Assembly (NCBI RefSeq): GCF_004010195.1
Contig: NC_057718.1
Location: 31,581,479-31,645,478 of the forward strand
DNA length: 64,000 bases
Reading direction: 5' to 3'
Origin: Chiloscyllium plagiosum
Lineage: Eukaryota
Shown here: positions 26,375-39,229 of the stretch, piece by piece
Position numbering within the stretch: position 1 is the first letter of the stretch
Layout of the letters: every line of letters starts with the position of its first letter
The notes under the pieces: model-generated
What the model saw: the letters and a program-made list of their open reading frames with translations, nothing else
The model's database searches: none
What the model was told of the DNA's origin: nothing
Position numbers and translations under genes: made by a program

Positions 26375-27298
26375 TAAATGGCCATCCCTCCATCATAAGA
26401 GTGGTCACAAGTGAGGATGTTCACTGATGATTGCATGAAGTTCAGCACCAGACCCCTCAGATACTTGAACAGCAGAATGTCCAGATGCAGTAGGATCTGG
26501 ATAATATTCAGGCTTGGGCTGACAGTGGCAAGTAATATTTGCACCACAACAGTACCAGGCAATGACCATCTCCAGCAAGACAGAATCTAACTATCACCTT
26601 TGACATTCAAAGGCATTATCATTGCTGAATCCTCCACTCCAAACATCCAGGGAATTACCATTGTCTAGAACCTGAACTGGACCAACCGTATCTATACTGT
26701 GACGATAAAAGGTCAGAGGCTAGGAATCCTGCAGTGAGTAACTCATCTCCTGACTCCCTAAAGGTTATCAACTATTTTACAAAACACACATCAGGAGTGT
26801 GATGGGATATTTCCCACTTGCCTGGATGAATGCAGCGTCAACAACATTCAAAAAGGCTGACACCATCCAGTCTACTTGATTAACACCATATTCTCAAACA
26901 TTCTCTCCATTCACCACCCATGTTCAGTAACAGTAGTGTGTACCATCTACAAGATGCACTGCAGAAATTCACCAAGGTTCTTTCAACAGCATCTTCCAAA
27001 CCCACAATCACCACCACCTTGAAAGATGCGGGCAACAGATATGTGGGAGCACCAACATCTCCAGGGTCCCCTCCAAGCCACACATCACCCTGACTTGGAA
27101 ATATAGTGTCATTCCTTGACTGCCATTGGGTCAAAATCCCAGAACTCCATCCATAATGGCAGTGTTGGTCTACCAATCCCAAAAGGACTGCAGTAGTTCA
27201 AAAAGGTAGCACACTCACCACCTTAAGGGTAACTGGAAATGTATCATAAATGCTGATCCAGCCATCGATGCCAACATCCGATGAGTGAATGAAAAAAA
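26375..27298 (+). mobile_element. Old CR1/L2-group LINE 3' portion
   Basis: gtgaggatgttcactgatgattgc encodes VRMFTDDC. Ends ...cataaatgctgatccagccatcgatgccaacatccgatgagtgaatgaaaaaa. Confidence 0.75.
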
Positions 27299-28939
27299 TA
27301 TGCTTTCTCAATTCTGTATGGAAGGTTAAAGAAAAGAAAATAGGCATGTGACATGTATTTGTTGAATACTTTTATCACATTTGTTACGTGTTATAATTTG
27401 AACTGAATAACAACTTAATTTGATAATTTCTTATTTTAGTTTGTGATTCATTGTAGTCAAATTAAAAATACATTCTTAAAACTTACCCATTATGAGAGCA
27501 AGTCAAACATTTTTCAAATTGTGAGTGCATATCGCCATTATAATATATGTGAGAGAAACCTTAGTCCTCAGTGGCATTGAGGAAGTTCCATTCTGGTTTG
27601 AGTAAGTGTAGGAGGCACTTCACTCTTCATCCTGCTGTGCACTTACTTGAAACTCATGTACCATGAACCTCTGATTTACAGTTTCCAGTTGCAGCAGACC
27701 AAACAGGAAAATCTGGTACAAAATGGGAATGAAACATTCCCATCTCAGAATTAGTTTTTTTGTCTTGATGAGCACACATGCAATTTATTTTTTCATCATA
27801 AAGTACAGCTGTTTATCATTGCTGCCACTTTTGTATGCATACTGTGGAAAGAATTAATGTTAGAGTGACCCTCAATAAGATTGAAAAGATGTTGACATTC
27901 AGGAAAGGAATATAAGGAAGCTTATATTTTTTCTAACCTTTGTATTTATGAGATTTTAAATAGCCGCAGGGTAGGGAAGGCCAGAGTCATGTTGTACTTT
28001 AAATATTAAAATACAACTACCTGGACCACTGCCACTGACCACACTAAATGTTACTGACACTCGGGAGGTTTCCCCATTTCAATAGCACTGGTGGGCAGTT
28101 ATGCGAGTAGCAGTGAGCCTGAGAAGCAACTTTACAAGATACCTTTTGTTTTGAAAAGTCAGTTCTCTTTGGAGCACCATCCCTTCATTATTCATAGCCA
28201 TAGGATTTGTGAGTAGCATCCACAGGGAAGTGACATTAGGTCTTTGGAAAAAGCAGCTATTATCATTCCATCCATATGTTGAACAACAGCACCCCTGTGC
28301 TCCCACCATCAACTTTGCCAATGTTCTCATCAGAATCATCTGACTGCCCCATCCAATGTCACATTTCTGGAGTCTATAGCTGGTATTTCTTGAGCATGAG
28401 CTATTTAAGGTCTCTCAGAATGGCCATTTGAGGCATTATAGAACATGGATGTTTACAGCACAGAAAGAGGCCATCATGTCAACACCCCCAGTCAACAAGG
28501 AACGAATGTACAATCCCAGCTTTTAGACCAAAGCCCTGGAGGCTATGGCAATGCAATGGAATAGTTGTTGTCACCTCAGAAGCTGGAGTTGCATCTCATA
28601 GGGGTAGGAGAAGAGGTAATCAAGCGCCTACTGGCGCTATAAGTTTGAAGATGATTTGTAATTCAATAAGTGGCCTGTTATCCAAGTAATTTTATTATTT
28701 TTGTTCTGGAGATCCTGGTGATGTTAGTCAAGTGACTGCAAGCCACAAATGTTTAGACTGAAGAAAGGTAATTAATCATAGAAATTAGAATGATGATGAT
28801 GAACAGGACTGATTTTGTAGAGCGGGTTACAGACATTTGGGAAAATGTTCAGATATACATGGCAATTTCTTTCTGAATGGTCCACATATTGCTTGATCAA
28901 TTATATTTCTGGTGTGAGCACAATGATGGCACAGCTTCA

Positions 28940-29485
28940 ATTTGGTGAGACCACTCCTGGGGTATTGTGTACTGTTCTAGTCGCCCTGCTATGGGAAGGA
29001 TATTGCTAAATTGGGGAAAGTTTAGAAAACATTTACCAGGATGTTGTTGGGGCTGAAAGGTTTGAGTTATGAGGATAGTTTGGGACATTTTTCACTGGAA
29101 CATAGGAAGCTGAGAAGTGATCTTATAGAGGTTTATAAAATCATGACCGGCATAGATAAGGTGAACAGCAAGGGTTATTTCACGAGACTGGGTGAGTTCA
29201 AAACTAGAGCACATATTTTTAAGGTGAGAGGAAAAAGATTTAAGGGGCAACTTTTTCACACAGAGGGTGGTTCATGCATAGAATTAACTGCCAGAGGAAG
29301 TGGTAGATTCAAGAACACTTACAACATTTGAAAGACATTTGGGTAGGTACATGAATAGGAAAGGTTTAGAAGATATGGGCCAAACACAGACAAGGATGAC
29401 GAGTTTAGTTTGGGAAACTTGGTCGGCATGGACGAGTTGGAGCGAAGGTTTCTGTTTCTATGCTGCATGACTCTATGGACTCTAT
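28940..29485 (+). mobile_element. CR1 LINE 3' fragment
   Basis: FSLEHRKLRSDLIEVYKIMTGIDKVNS, plus CR1 3' UTR. Confidence 0.9.
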
Positions 29486-29789
29486 TCATCGCCTGGGTTC
29501 CTGATTGAGGTCATGAGGCATGTCAGGAGAGAATATCACTTGAAATCAAGTAGCGAATCAGTGATGAAACTGCCTATTTTGAATGAAAGTTGCACAGAGA
29601 AGAGAATAAAATTGACAGCTGCCAGTAAAACAGCAACAGCGACCTCAGTTCCTTTGACCAGATGTTAATGTGTAACATAAATAATTGTGATCCATTGCAA
29701 TGATGAAAGAGACTCCTTTATCCCTGCTTCCGCCTTCTACCAGTCATCCAATCCTCTGTCCATGCCACCTATCTTGCACCTAACAACAT

Positions 29790-30015
29790 GGGCATAGTGG
29801 CTCAGTGGTTAGCACTGCTACCTCCTAGCTCCAGGGACTAAGGTTCTATTCCAGCCTTGGGCGACTGTCTGTATGGAGTTCGCACATTCTCCTCGTGTCT
29901 GCATAGGTTTCCTTCGGGTAGGATAATGGGTCTGAGTTGGATACTCTTTGGAGGGTCGGTGTGGACTTGTTGGGCCAAATGGCCTGTTTCTGCACTGTAG
30001 GGATTTTATGATTCT
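29790..30015 (+). mobile_element. HE1-type V-SINE with internal deletion
   Basis: A box gtggctcagtggttagc, partial V core and CR1-like tail. Confidence 0.85.
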
Positions 30016-32004
30016 AAAACAGGCATAGAGCTTCAAACCACATCGTCTATGGTTGCAAATAAATACATATTCAATGAGTGGTATCTTTCCAATAGAGAGA
30101 TGCCAGACTAGTGACTGGAAGAATACCAGCTAATTTCTTTGCATTCTATAGCAGATTGGCCCCTGTGGAATTGTATAATGTAGACAAAGCCAAGTCCTCA
30201 CTCACCTTGTCTGATTGTCTATTGGAAATGTTACATAAGTGTTCCCCTTGGCACAGAGAGCTTCAAACTGGGAAGTGATGCTGATTTCACCCGCAGCAGG
30301 CTGGAAGTAGTAAATGCCGAAAAAGGCCACAATAGCCTTGACAACTAGAGGTTATGCCATCCACCCTGAGTTGTGGCCTGAGTTGTAGCTGGAACGAATG
30401 ACGAAGTTTCATGACAGCTTTGCTGGTGAGGCATAGTTATTTCATACATTTCCACAGCCCTACCTGAAAACTCACCATGACCTCCTGCACAGTGCTGTCC
30501 TTCTTCCACTTGTCTCGGATGTTCCTTCTGGTTCCTGCTTTTTCAATTGAGTCTGTCTTCACCTCCCACATCAAAGGCAGCTCAACCAGACCATCACTAC
30601 TGAAATATGAAAATCAGCCACAAGCTGTCTAGCACCACACAGATTTATTCCCAAATGTCCAAATCACTTTATATAAGATGGATAATGAGCAAGAAATTCC
30701 ACAGTATTAACTAGCAGCCAAAGGGACATGAGCAGTTTAAAGAGTTTTCTTGTAGGATCCTTGCTGAGTGCTAGTGCCATGATATGCCAAATGACTTTAT
30801 CATATGAGGAGTCAACTTCCAGGGCAGACCAATTTTCCAAAGGAAATCAAGAACGAGAATGGGACCTTTGTTTTAGTATAATGAGGCTTTTTAACACTTG
30901 GAGCACACACCCACGATGCCTATGGAACAGTCTGACCCAAAATGTTGGCAGTGCTTCTCCAGCATGAGAAAGGCACACATTCTGCCCACCATATTGGAGC
31001 CACGGTCACCCACAATACACCTGTGAAGTGAGCACTGAATTGAATTTCTGGCCCATCAAATTAAAAACAGTCTATTCAACAGCTATACCTTGAGTTGAAT
31101 ATACTTTCGATCCTCCCAAGAGATCTACGCTTTGCTAGTTGCCAACAATGCAAAAAGCACTTCACTTACCAATCAGCTAGTCTTTGTTTAGAAATAGGTT
31201 TTATTGAAGTCTGACTCCCACTGGAGACAAGCAGCTGTTTTGACTTCCTGGTGAACTTATTTCAGTCTGCGCTCACAACACACAATGGGTCCTATGTTCT
31301 ATTTCAAAAACGTATAGACTGGAATAAAATCATTTTTTTTCAATACAGTGCAGTAGGTACATGGAATACAACTGAACACAAGGTCATAAACGTTCTATTT
31401 ACACCCGCAAAAAGCTGCTTCAAAGGGGTTGAAAGTTTTAAGAATATGTTTAAGCAGAGATAGTCATGGACTCTTTAGGACAAGTGTTGTTTGAGAACCG
31501 TTAATGCTCATTGAAGCTGTAAAGGTTGACTAATATTATTGTGGTTCATCTCACAAACATGAAGCATATTGCCGGAAGATAATCAATATTTTCCTTTCTT
31601 GGAGGCTCAACAATAACAGAGGTGAGTATGTTGTTTAAGATCTGCAATGGGAGATATTGCACATAGTCTATGTAGAGAATAGGACTGATTGGACAAAATA
31701 GTCATAGAGAAGAATCTAAAATACAGTTAAGGATGATTACAACCTCCTCCCATGGGAGAGGACTGTACAATTAAACTCCATAAAAAGAAGGCAATGGAGA
31801 TTGCCACCAACCATGTTTATTACTTGGGCGATGTTGGTAAAGGAGTGAAAGATGACACTAAGTGAATGCCGAGCTTGTGAGACATACATGTTTGAAATCT
31901 GGTTTTAGCGTACAATTTTGATTGCAATTAATACGTTTGATCATTTATCTTGTCTGGAGGTAACAAAGTGAGCGCCTGCAGGTTTCACACTTAAACTGAT
32001 TGTG

Positions 32005-32213
32005 AGAAAGTGGGGACTACAGGTGCTGGAGATCAGAGTCGAGAGTATGGAGCTGGAATAGCACAGCAGGTCAGGCAGCATCTGAGGAGCAGGAGAATTG
32101 ACGTTTTGGGCATGAGTGTTCCTGACGAAGGACTCATGCCTGAAATGTCAATTCTCTTGATTCCTGGAAGCTGCCTGACCTGCTGTTCTTTTCCAGCACC
32201 ACACTCTCGACTC
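32005..32213. mobile_element. Foldback Penelope-derived element (family B) with central hammerhead
   Basis: Inverted arms gagtcgagagt...gggcatgag and ctcatgcctgaaa...actctcgactc. Core CTGACGA at 32122-32128 and GAAA at 32142-32145. Confidence 0.75.
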
Positions 32214-32814
32214 AAACTGATTGGACCCAATTTTCATATGTGTGTTCCACATACTCACTTCCACCAAATGTGTCGATTGCACTGTCTGACACACAGCAGT
32301 AAGATTCAGTTTGGCTCGGGAATGAAGTGAACACGCTCAAAGGTTTTCAGATGCTGCGTTGAGAGTCCTGGTGGAGGTGGTTCAGAGGAGGAGAAATGTC
32401 CTGCACTCACAATGTTAAAGAAGTTTACTTTGCCCTCCTGCCCCTATCTGATACAGCAGCTTGCACTGTTTCTCACTGAATGTACTATCTCCTTCCTGCC
32501 TAATAAGGATGACTTTTACAAAGATGTCTGCCATTCAATTTCTCTTGGTGCCTCCTATATTGTAGAATAGCTTAGCACTCACTCTTTTCAAATGAAGCTT
32601 TCAGAGATTTCCATGAATCAGCATTGATAGACCAATGGTGAAATCTTGACTAAGTGCCCCAAAATGTCACATGATGTATTTCAAAAGTCATCTGCAAATC
32701 CTGAGCAGTAAGTAATGCGTTACATAGCACTCAGGTCTTCCACAATGGTAGTTTATTCCCAATCAGTTGGTTGTTACAAGAAAGAAGTAATAAGGTCAAG
32801 TACTCTCAGGTCAA

Positions 32815-33394
32815 ACACCAACTCTCTCTCCCTCACCCACACATACATATGCACACACACGCACATACACGTAAGTCTATGGGTGAATTTGCATTTGCAG
32901 ATTTATATTTGCAGGTACATTCTATTTTGTTCAAAAAGCACATAATATGTAGGCAGTCAGTCCATGTGACATTTTATAAATTCCTGCTTTGAAAATAGAA
33001 CCAGTCTGACTCAAGGTTGGAATACAGACAGACTCTAACCTCACACCTTTAATGCATTATCTGAATTGAGATGTCACTTTTTTTTAATAAAAGCATAAGT
33101 TGTCTCAGGACTGTGACTTGAAAGGAGTTCTAGGATTTACATATTAATCAATCGAAACCTGCATTTCCATTCTAAGTGATTAAATACTTAACAATAATCG
33201 AGGTTTGTTCAATACATTGCATCAATTGTTTTACTATAAATTCTGTGTCCTATGATCCTGCCCCACAAGCTATCTGATGAAGGAACTGTGTTCCGAAAAC
33301 TAGTACTTCCAAATAAACCTGTTGGACTATAACCTGGCATTGTGTGATTTTTAACTTTGTCCACCCCAGTCCAACACCTGCACCTCCACATCAT
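32815..33394 (+). mobile_element. Penelope-like 3' fragment (family A) with hammerhead
   Basis: CA-rich start and AT-rich UTR, then tat-CTGATGA-a-ggaac-tgt-gttcc-GAAA-AC-TA-gta (33271-33305) and the family A tail. The distal part is similar to the region downstream of the GIY-YIG ORF end at 49010-49742. Confidence 0.7.
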
Positions 33395-33492
33395 CTTCCT
33401 TAGTGCACGTTAATAATCAATCTACTTGGTAATGCAGCATCCTTCAGCAACACGGACTCATTGAAGGTTAAAATACCATTTCAGTTCAAGAC

Positions 33493-33672
33493 ATCATAGA
33501 GTAATACAACACGGAAACAGACCCTTTGGTCCAACCAGTCCATCCTGAGCATAATCCCAAACTAAACTAGTCCTGTCTGCACCTGGTCCATATCCTTCCA
33601 AATCTTTTCAATTCACATACTTATCCAAATGTCTTTTAAATGTTGTAATTATGCCCACATCCACCACTTCCT
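33493..33672 (-). mobile_element. CR1 3' UTR fragment
   Basis: Matches the 3' end of the CR1 copies at 17545-18985 and 28940-29485. Confidence 0.8.
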
Positions 33673-34121
33673 GCTCCTATTTTCTATGTTTCCATGTTTA
33701 CTATATTTCAATTTTTGAGGGCAATTAAGTTGCTTGACCAGGAACTTTTGAAACTTTAGGAACAAAACAATTACTTCAGCAGATGGGACAGCAGAGTGGA
33801 GGTGGAACCGCTCTGCGGTGCATCAGCAAAGCTCTGGCTATGGGCAGATAAGAAGGCCTCAAAGCCCGCCTGGATCACTAGCTCCCAGGTCTACTTCTGG
33901 GAGGATGCCTCCAGGCAGCTGACGTAGTCCCTAGGGTCTTGGAGTCTGCAAGGCAAGGGGCAAAATGACAGTCAGCTAGCTCTGACAATTGGTCTTTATA
34001 GGGCAGACCTATCTAAATTGGCTAACCTCCTGGTTAGCAGGTAGTGGCCTTTCCCATCCACCACCTACTTTCAGGATAATGCCTCAGGATGGGATAGTGA
34101 TACTGAGCTGCTATGCTGATT

Positions 34122-34410
34122 GGATTCCCTACAGTATGGAAACAGGCCCTTTGGTCCAACAAGTCCACAATGATCCTCTGAAGAGTAATCCACCCAGACC
34201 TATTCCCCGACCCAATATTTACCCATGACTAACGCACCTAACACTACAGGCAATTTAGCATGGCCAATTCACCTGACTTGCACATCTTTGGAGTGTGGCA
34301 GGAATCCAGAGCACCCAAAGGAAACCTGCACAGATAGTCACCCAAGACAGGAATCAAACCTGGGTCCCTGGCACTGTGAGGCAGCAGTGCTAACCACTGA
34401 GCCACCATGC
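34122..34410 (-). mobile_element. HE1-type V-SINE
   Basis: Reverse complement reads ggtggctcagtggttagcactgctgcctcacagtgccagggacccaggtttgattcc, followed by core and tail. Confidence 0.9.
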
Positions 34411-35289
34411 AAACCACATTTGGTCTTTAGTACAAATTTTCACATTTGTCCACTCATTCCCATAAGGAGCTGAAAATCCAAATGATGATTAGCTAACTAA
34501 AGCTGTTGGCAAATGCAGCATTTACATTTGCTTATATTGGAGGGAAAAAGCCCATGAGCAGGTGAAGGCTAAAGTGAGATACAAGTGTTTTAGAAGTACT
34601 GCCTCCTGACCCCCCTGGAATATTGAAATATTGTTACAATTTGTTTTAACTATTTGCCAATGGTTTTCAAGCTGCATTAAATGGAAGCATTACAATATTT
34701 TGATTGAAAGAATGATGAACATTTGCTCAATCTTTTTCAAAATTATTCCATTTGAAATTTGGTATAAACTATTTTCTAGTTTTTTTTTTCCCCAGTAATA
34801 GCAGGTGATCTATTAGTGACACAGAAATTGTTTGGGTAAAATTAACAAATTGGCAATTCATATCTTTTCGAGTCAATGCAGTCATCAGGTAATCTAGAAT
34901 TGTACATAGGAAACAAATGTGCTGTCCATATGTTTATGAGTAATGCCATCCTGAAACTGGAAACTGGAATCCTCTGAAGCTTGGCTGTGTTGTTTTTTCC
35001 CTTGACAGAATATGTGTAAACGTTCGATAATGGAGGCAGTGTAGAATGAAATGCATAGTTGTAATGTACATGAGAGAGGAGTAAGGACTGTGAACATAAG
35101 CTTCATGAACCAAGAAGGTGTAGGAACAAATGTAGGTCATTCTAACATTCTGCTCTAACATTCAATGAAATTATGGTTCATCTGATCATCCTCAAAAGCA
35201 CTTTCCTACCTTTTCTCCATAACCTTTCATTCCCTTATAAATGCAAGATCTGCTTTGAGTATCCTTAATTGTCCGGCCTTGACAGCCCA

Positions 35290-35575
35290 ACTCAGTACCG
35301 TCCCCATGACCTGTCCCACCTGTCAATCTTCCTTCCCACCTATCTGCTCCACTCTCTCCTCTGACCTATCACCTTCACCCCCACCTCCATCCACCTATTG
35401 CATTCGCAGCTACCTTCTCCCCAGCCCCACACACCCCTCCCACTTGTCTCTCCATCCACCGAGGCTCCCAGTCTCATTCCTGATGAAGGGCTCCTGTCTG
35501 AAACGTCGATTCTGCTACTCCCCGAATGCTGCCTGACCTGCTGTGCTTTTCCAGCACCACACACTCTCGAGTCCA
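35290..35575 (+). mobile_element. Penelope-like 3' fragment (family B) with hammerhead
   Basis: Pyrimidine-rich UTR, then attc-CTGATGA-a-gggctcctgtct-GAAA-CG-TC-gatt (35476-35511) with a weakened stem II. Confidence 0.7.
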
Positions 35576-36454
35576 GTTCAAGAGACCATTGCTGGAAGTC
35601 ATCCTTAAGACTTGAGGGTGGAAAGTTGAACACAAATGACAAAAAATGTAAATAGCTCAGCCTCAGTGAGGTAAAGTAGTTTTAAGTTGCATCCAAAAGA
35701 AGTCATTTTAAGAACAGTGTACTCCAGAAGCAGACCATAAAGTGAACTTGGGAATGAACATTTCAACCATTTCAGGAGATTGGAATCAAACCTGATGTGA
35801 AAAATGCATCAGGACACATTTTGAGCCTCATAAAATAAATAAAGTCAGTGAGAATTACTTTCAGAAAAACTGATGCTGAGAAATTCAAAGCAAAGCAATC
35901 AGTAAATAGATATGGCTCCAGATCAGGAGCACTCTGAGGCAAATACTAAAAGCAAAAGTACACAATGTAGGAGAAATCAAATTGGAAATGAAATCTGGCT
36001 TCAAAACATGCAAACATATCACTGTTTGGATTTCAAATAGAATAAAGACGAATTAAGGTGAAGTTGGTTTGTGTTGTACATACTCCACTCATGTGCGGAC
36101 CAACATTTTTAACATTGGAACTGTTGTATTGGGCTGGACCTTCCCATATTTTAAAAAGTTTTCATAGAGTTTCATGAACATTTTTTCTCCACTGTAGCAA
36201 GTTTTCTCATGCGATCATCCCAAACACACCTCATTAACTATGTAAAGTGCCACTATGACACTCCTCACTTCCAAAGTTAGCCCGGTTCATCCACTCACTG
36301 TAGCTGGATGTATTCACCACTGTTGTGATATCACAGGATATATTGGCATTCTGGGCAGGCAGGATACTCAAAAGGCCAGTGTGCACCCACACAGACACTG
36401 ACAATCTGGAACTCCAGAGTGAAAAGCATTCACCCCGGATATGGCAAGCAATTG

Positions 36455-36620
36455 ACAGGGACCTGGACATCCTGGTGGACAGGGTGATACAGAGGAGGGG
36501 TATTCTCTTCCCACAGGATTGGCAGAGAAGTCCATGACTCCAGACCATACTAGCCTGCTCTGAGGTTGCCACTCAATCTGCAGCAATGCAGGAAGATGTT
36601 CTTTTCTGCTCTGCCAGGTT
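36455..36620 (+). pseudogene. Second Harbinger-type Myb/SANT-like ORF remnant
   Basis: DRDLDILVDRVIQRRGILFPQDWQRSP*LQTILACSEVATQ, then frameshifted QQCRKM. Homologous to 15455-15679. Confidence 0.65.
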
Positions 36621-36644
36621 AAGTGCCACCATCTGCTGTCTATG

Positions 36645-36788
36645 ACCTCACAGCCAACAAAACCAAAGACCCTTGCCATCCCTGTTATAATCTCTTCCAA
36701 CATTTTCTGTTTGGCAGAAGATACAAACGCTTTAACACACATACCAACAGATTCAAGAACAGCTTCTTCCCCACTGTTATTAGACTTC
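36645..36788 (+). mobile_element. Rex1/Babar LINE C-terminal fragment
   Basis: KDPCHPCYNLFQHFLFGRRYKRFNTHTNRFKNSFFPTVIRL resembles the Rex1 ORF end (DPxHP...LPSGRRY...RxKNSFFP). Confidence 0.7.
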
Positions 36789-37251
36789 CGAAAATGATTC
36801 GGATGTGAACATAGGAGGTATAGTTAGTAAGTTTGCAGATGACATAAAAATTGAAGGTTAGTGGACAGCGAAGAAGGTTACCTCAGATTACAACGGGATC
36901 TTGATCAGATGGTCTGAGGAGTGGCAGATGGAGTTTAATTTAGATAAATGTGAGGTGCTGCATTTTGAAAAGGCAAATCAGGGCAGGACTTATACTCTTA
37001 ATAGTAAGGTCATGGGGAATGTTGCTGAACAAAGATAGGGTAGTGAAGAAGGAGTTTGGTTTGCTTGCCTTTATTGGTCAGTGCACTGAGTATAGGAGTT
37101 GGGAGATCATTTTTGCAATGGACATTAGTTAGGCCACTGTGTGCAACTCTCTCCTATCAGAAAGATGTTGTGAAACTTGAAAGAGTTCAGAAAAAAAATT
37201 ACAAGGATGTTGCCAGGGTTAGAGGGTTTGAGCTATAGGGAGAGGCTAACT

Positions 37252-37840
37252 AGAGTCATAGTCATAAAGATGTACAGCACAGAAACAGACCCTTCAGTCC
37301 AACTCGTCCATGCCGACCAAATATCCCAACTTAATCTAGATGCATTTGCTAGTGCCTGGTCCATATCGATCTAACCCTTCTTATTCATGTAACCCATCCA
37401 GATGCCTTTTAAATAATGCAATTATACTAGCCTCAACTACTTCCTCTGGCAGCTCATTCCATACACACACCACATGAAAAGGTTTCCCCTTAGATCCCTT
37501 TTATATCTTTTCGCTCTCACCCTAAACCTATGTCCTCTAGTTCCCCACCCCGGAAAGAGACTTTGCCTATTTATCCTATCCATGCCCCTCATGATTTTGT
37601 AGACCTCAATGAGGTCACCCCCTCAGCCTTTGACGCCCCAGGGAAAACAGCCCCAGCCTATTCAGCCTCTCCCTATAGATCAAGTCCTCCAACTTTGACA
37701 ACATCCTTGTAAATCTTTTCTAAACCCTTTGAAATTTCACAGAATCTTTCTGATAGGAAGGAGACCAGAATTGCATGCAATATTCCAAAAGTGGCCTAAC
37801 CAACGTCCTGTACAGCCACAACATGACCTCCCAACTCCTA
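37252..37840 (-). mobile_element. Nested CR1 3' fragment
   Basis: Same family as 20535-21147, in opposite orientation to its host. Confidence 0.85.
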
Positions 37841-37993
37841 TAGATTGGGGCTATTTTCTCTGATGCATCTGAGGCTGAGGGATGACATTATAGAGGTTTA
37901 TGAAATCATGACAGGCATGGATAGGGTAAATAGACAAGGTCTTTCAACCATGGTTAGGATTTGGGAGTGTGGGAGTCCAAAACTGGACAGTAT

Positions 37994-38331
37994 ACATAGA
38001 ACATAGAACATAGAACAATACAGCGCAGTACAGGCCCTTTGGCCCTCGATGTTGCGCCGATCCAAGCCCACCTAACCTATACTAACCCACTATCCTCCAT
38101 ATACCTATCCAATGCCCGCTTAAATGCCCATAAAGAGGGAGAGTCCACCACTGCTGCTGGCAGGGCATTCCATGAACTTACGACTCGCTGAGTGAAGAAC
38201 CTACCCCTAACATCAGTCCTATATCTACCCCCCCTTAATTTAAAGCTATGCCCCCTTGTAATACCCGACTCCATACGCGGGAAAAGGTTCACACTGTCAA
38301 CCCTATCTAACCCCCTAATCATCTTGTACAC
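37994..38331 (-). mobile_element. Nested young CR1 3' fragment (ttctatg-tail family)
   Basis: YKMIRGLDRVDSVNLFPRMESGITRGHSFKLRGGRYRTDVRGRFFTQRVVSSWNALP, with a (catagaa)n tail on the plus strand. Confidence 0.9.
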
Positions 38332-39229
38332 AAAGTTATAAGTTATAGTTATAAGGTGAGAGGGGAAAGATTTAAAAGGGATCCAAGGGACAACTTTTAT
38401 CATGCAGAGGGTGGTGCATGTACGGAATGAGCTGCCAGAGGAAATGGTGGAGGTTGTTACAATTATAATACCTAAAAGGCATCTGGATGGTTATGTGAAT
38501 AGAAAGGGATATGGGCCAAATGCAGGCAAATGCATCTGGGTTAGGTTAGGATATCTGGTCGTCATGGACAAGTTGGACCAAAGGATCTGTTTCCATGCTA
38601 TACATCTCTATGACTCTACAACTCTATGAGATTTGTACATATGTTCGCTTTTTGCCATAATTTGTGTGTGACAGTCTCTATCAGGGCACAATTGCAACAT
38701 TGAAGGTACAGAGTGCACCCTTTAACACGATGTTCCACGTTTGAAGATGTGAAGTGAGCAGCTCCCCCACCACATACAGGCAATGGGTAAATGGCAGGTA
38801 ATTGCTATTTCTACATCTCTCCTCTATCTTTCCAGATGGACTAACATTGCCCTTACCTCAGAGGGATCAGTGAGATAAATTTGTTATTTAGCATGACATG
38901 GTCAGGATGGTTTGGGGTAAGGTTTTGGACTGCTAGGGTTCACAATGCAGGTATGAGTTTTCAGTGAATTTCAACATCAGTGTATCGATGTCTGTGTAAC
39001 CATGTGTAGCACTTTGGAGGGCTTCACATGGATCAAAACTGAACCCCCTCCCTCACTGATTGAAGTAATGGCCTCATCCACTCTGGGTGTGGTCACAGCA
39101 CAATGGAAGGCCTCATTCAACGCCTAACATGACTCTGACATTTTTCCCAAAAGTCCGTATTGTTCAGGGCGTGGGAGGATTCTACACATTGTTTCCCTGC
39201 CCCTTGGAACAGTTGGAAAAAGCATCATC

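Larger units (their letters stand above)
36792..38628 (+). mobile_element. CR1 fragment with two nested antisense CR1 insertions
   Basis: Runs from SKFADDIKI near the start to QRVVHVRNELPEE and the 3' UTR at the end, interrupted at ~37252-37840 and ~37994-38331. Confidence 0.85.

Noticed and set aside
27960..31050. GC-richer patches possibly from decayed DNA transposons
   Set aside because: No diagnostic motif or termini could be identified outside the listed CR1 and SINE copies.
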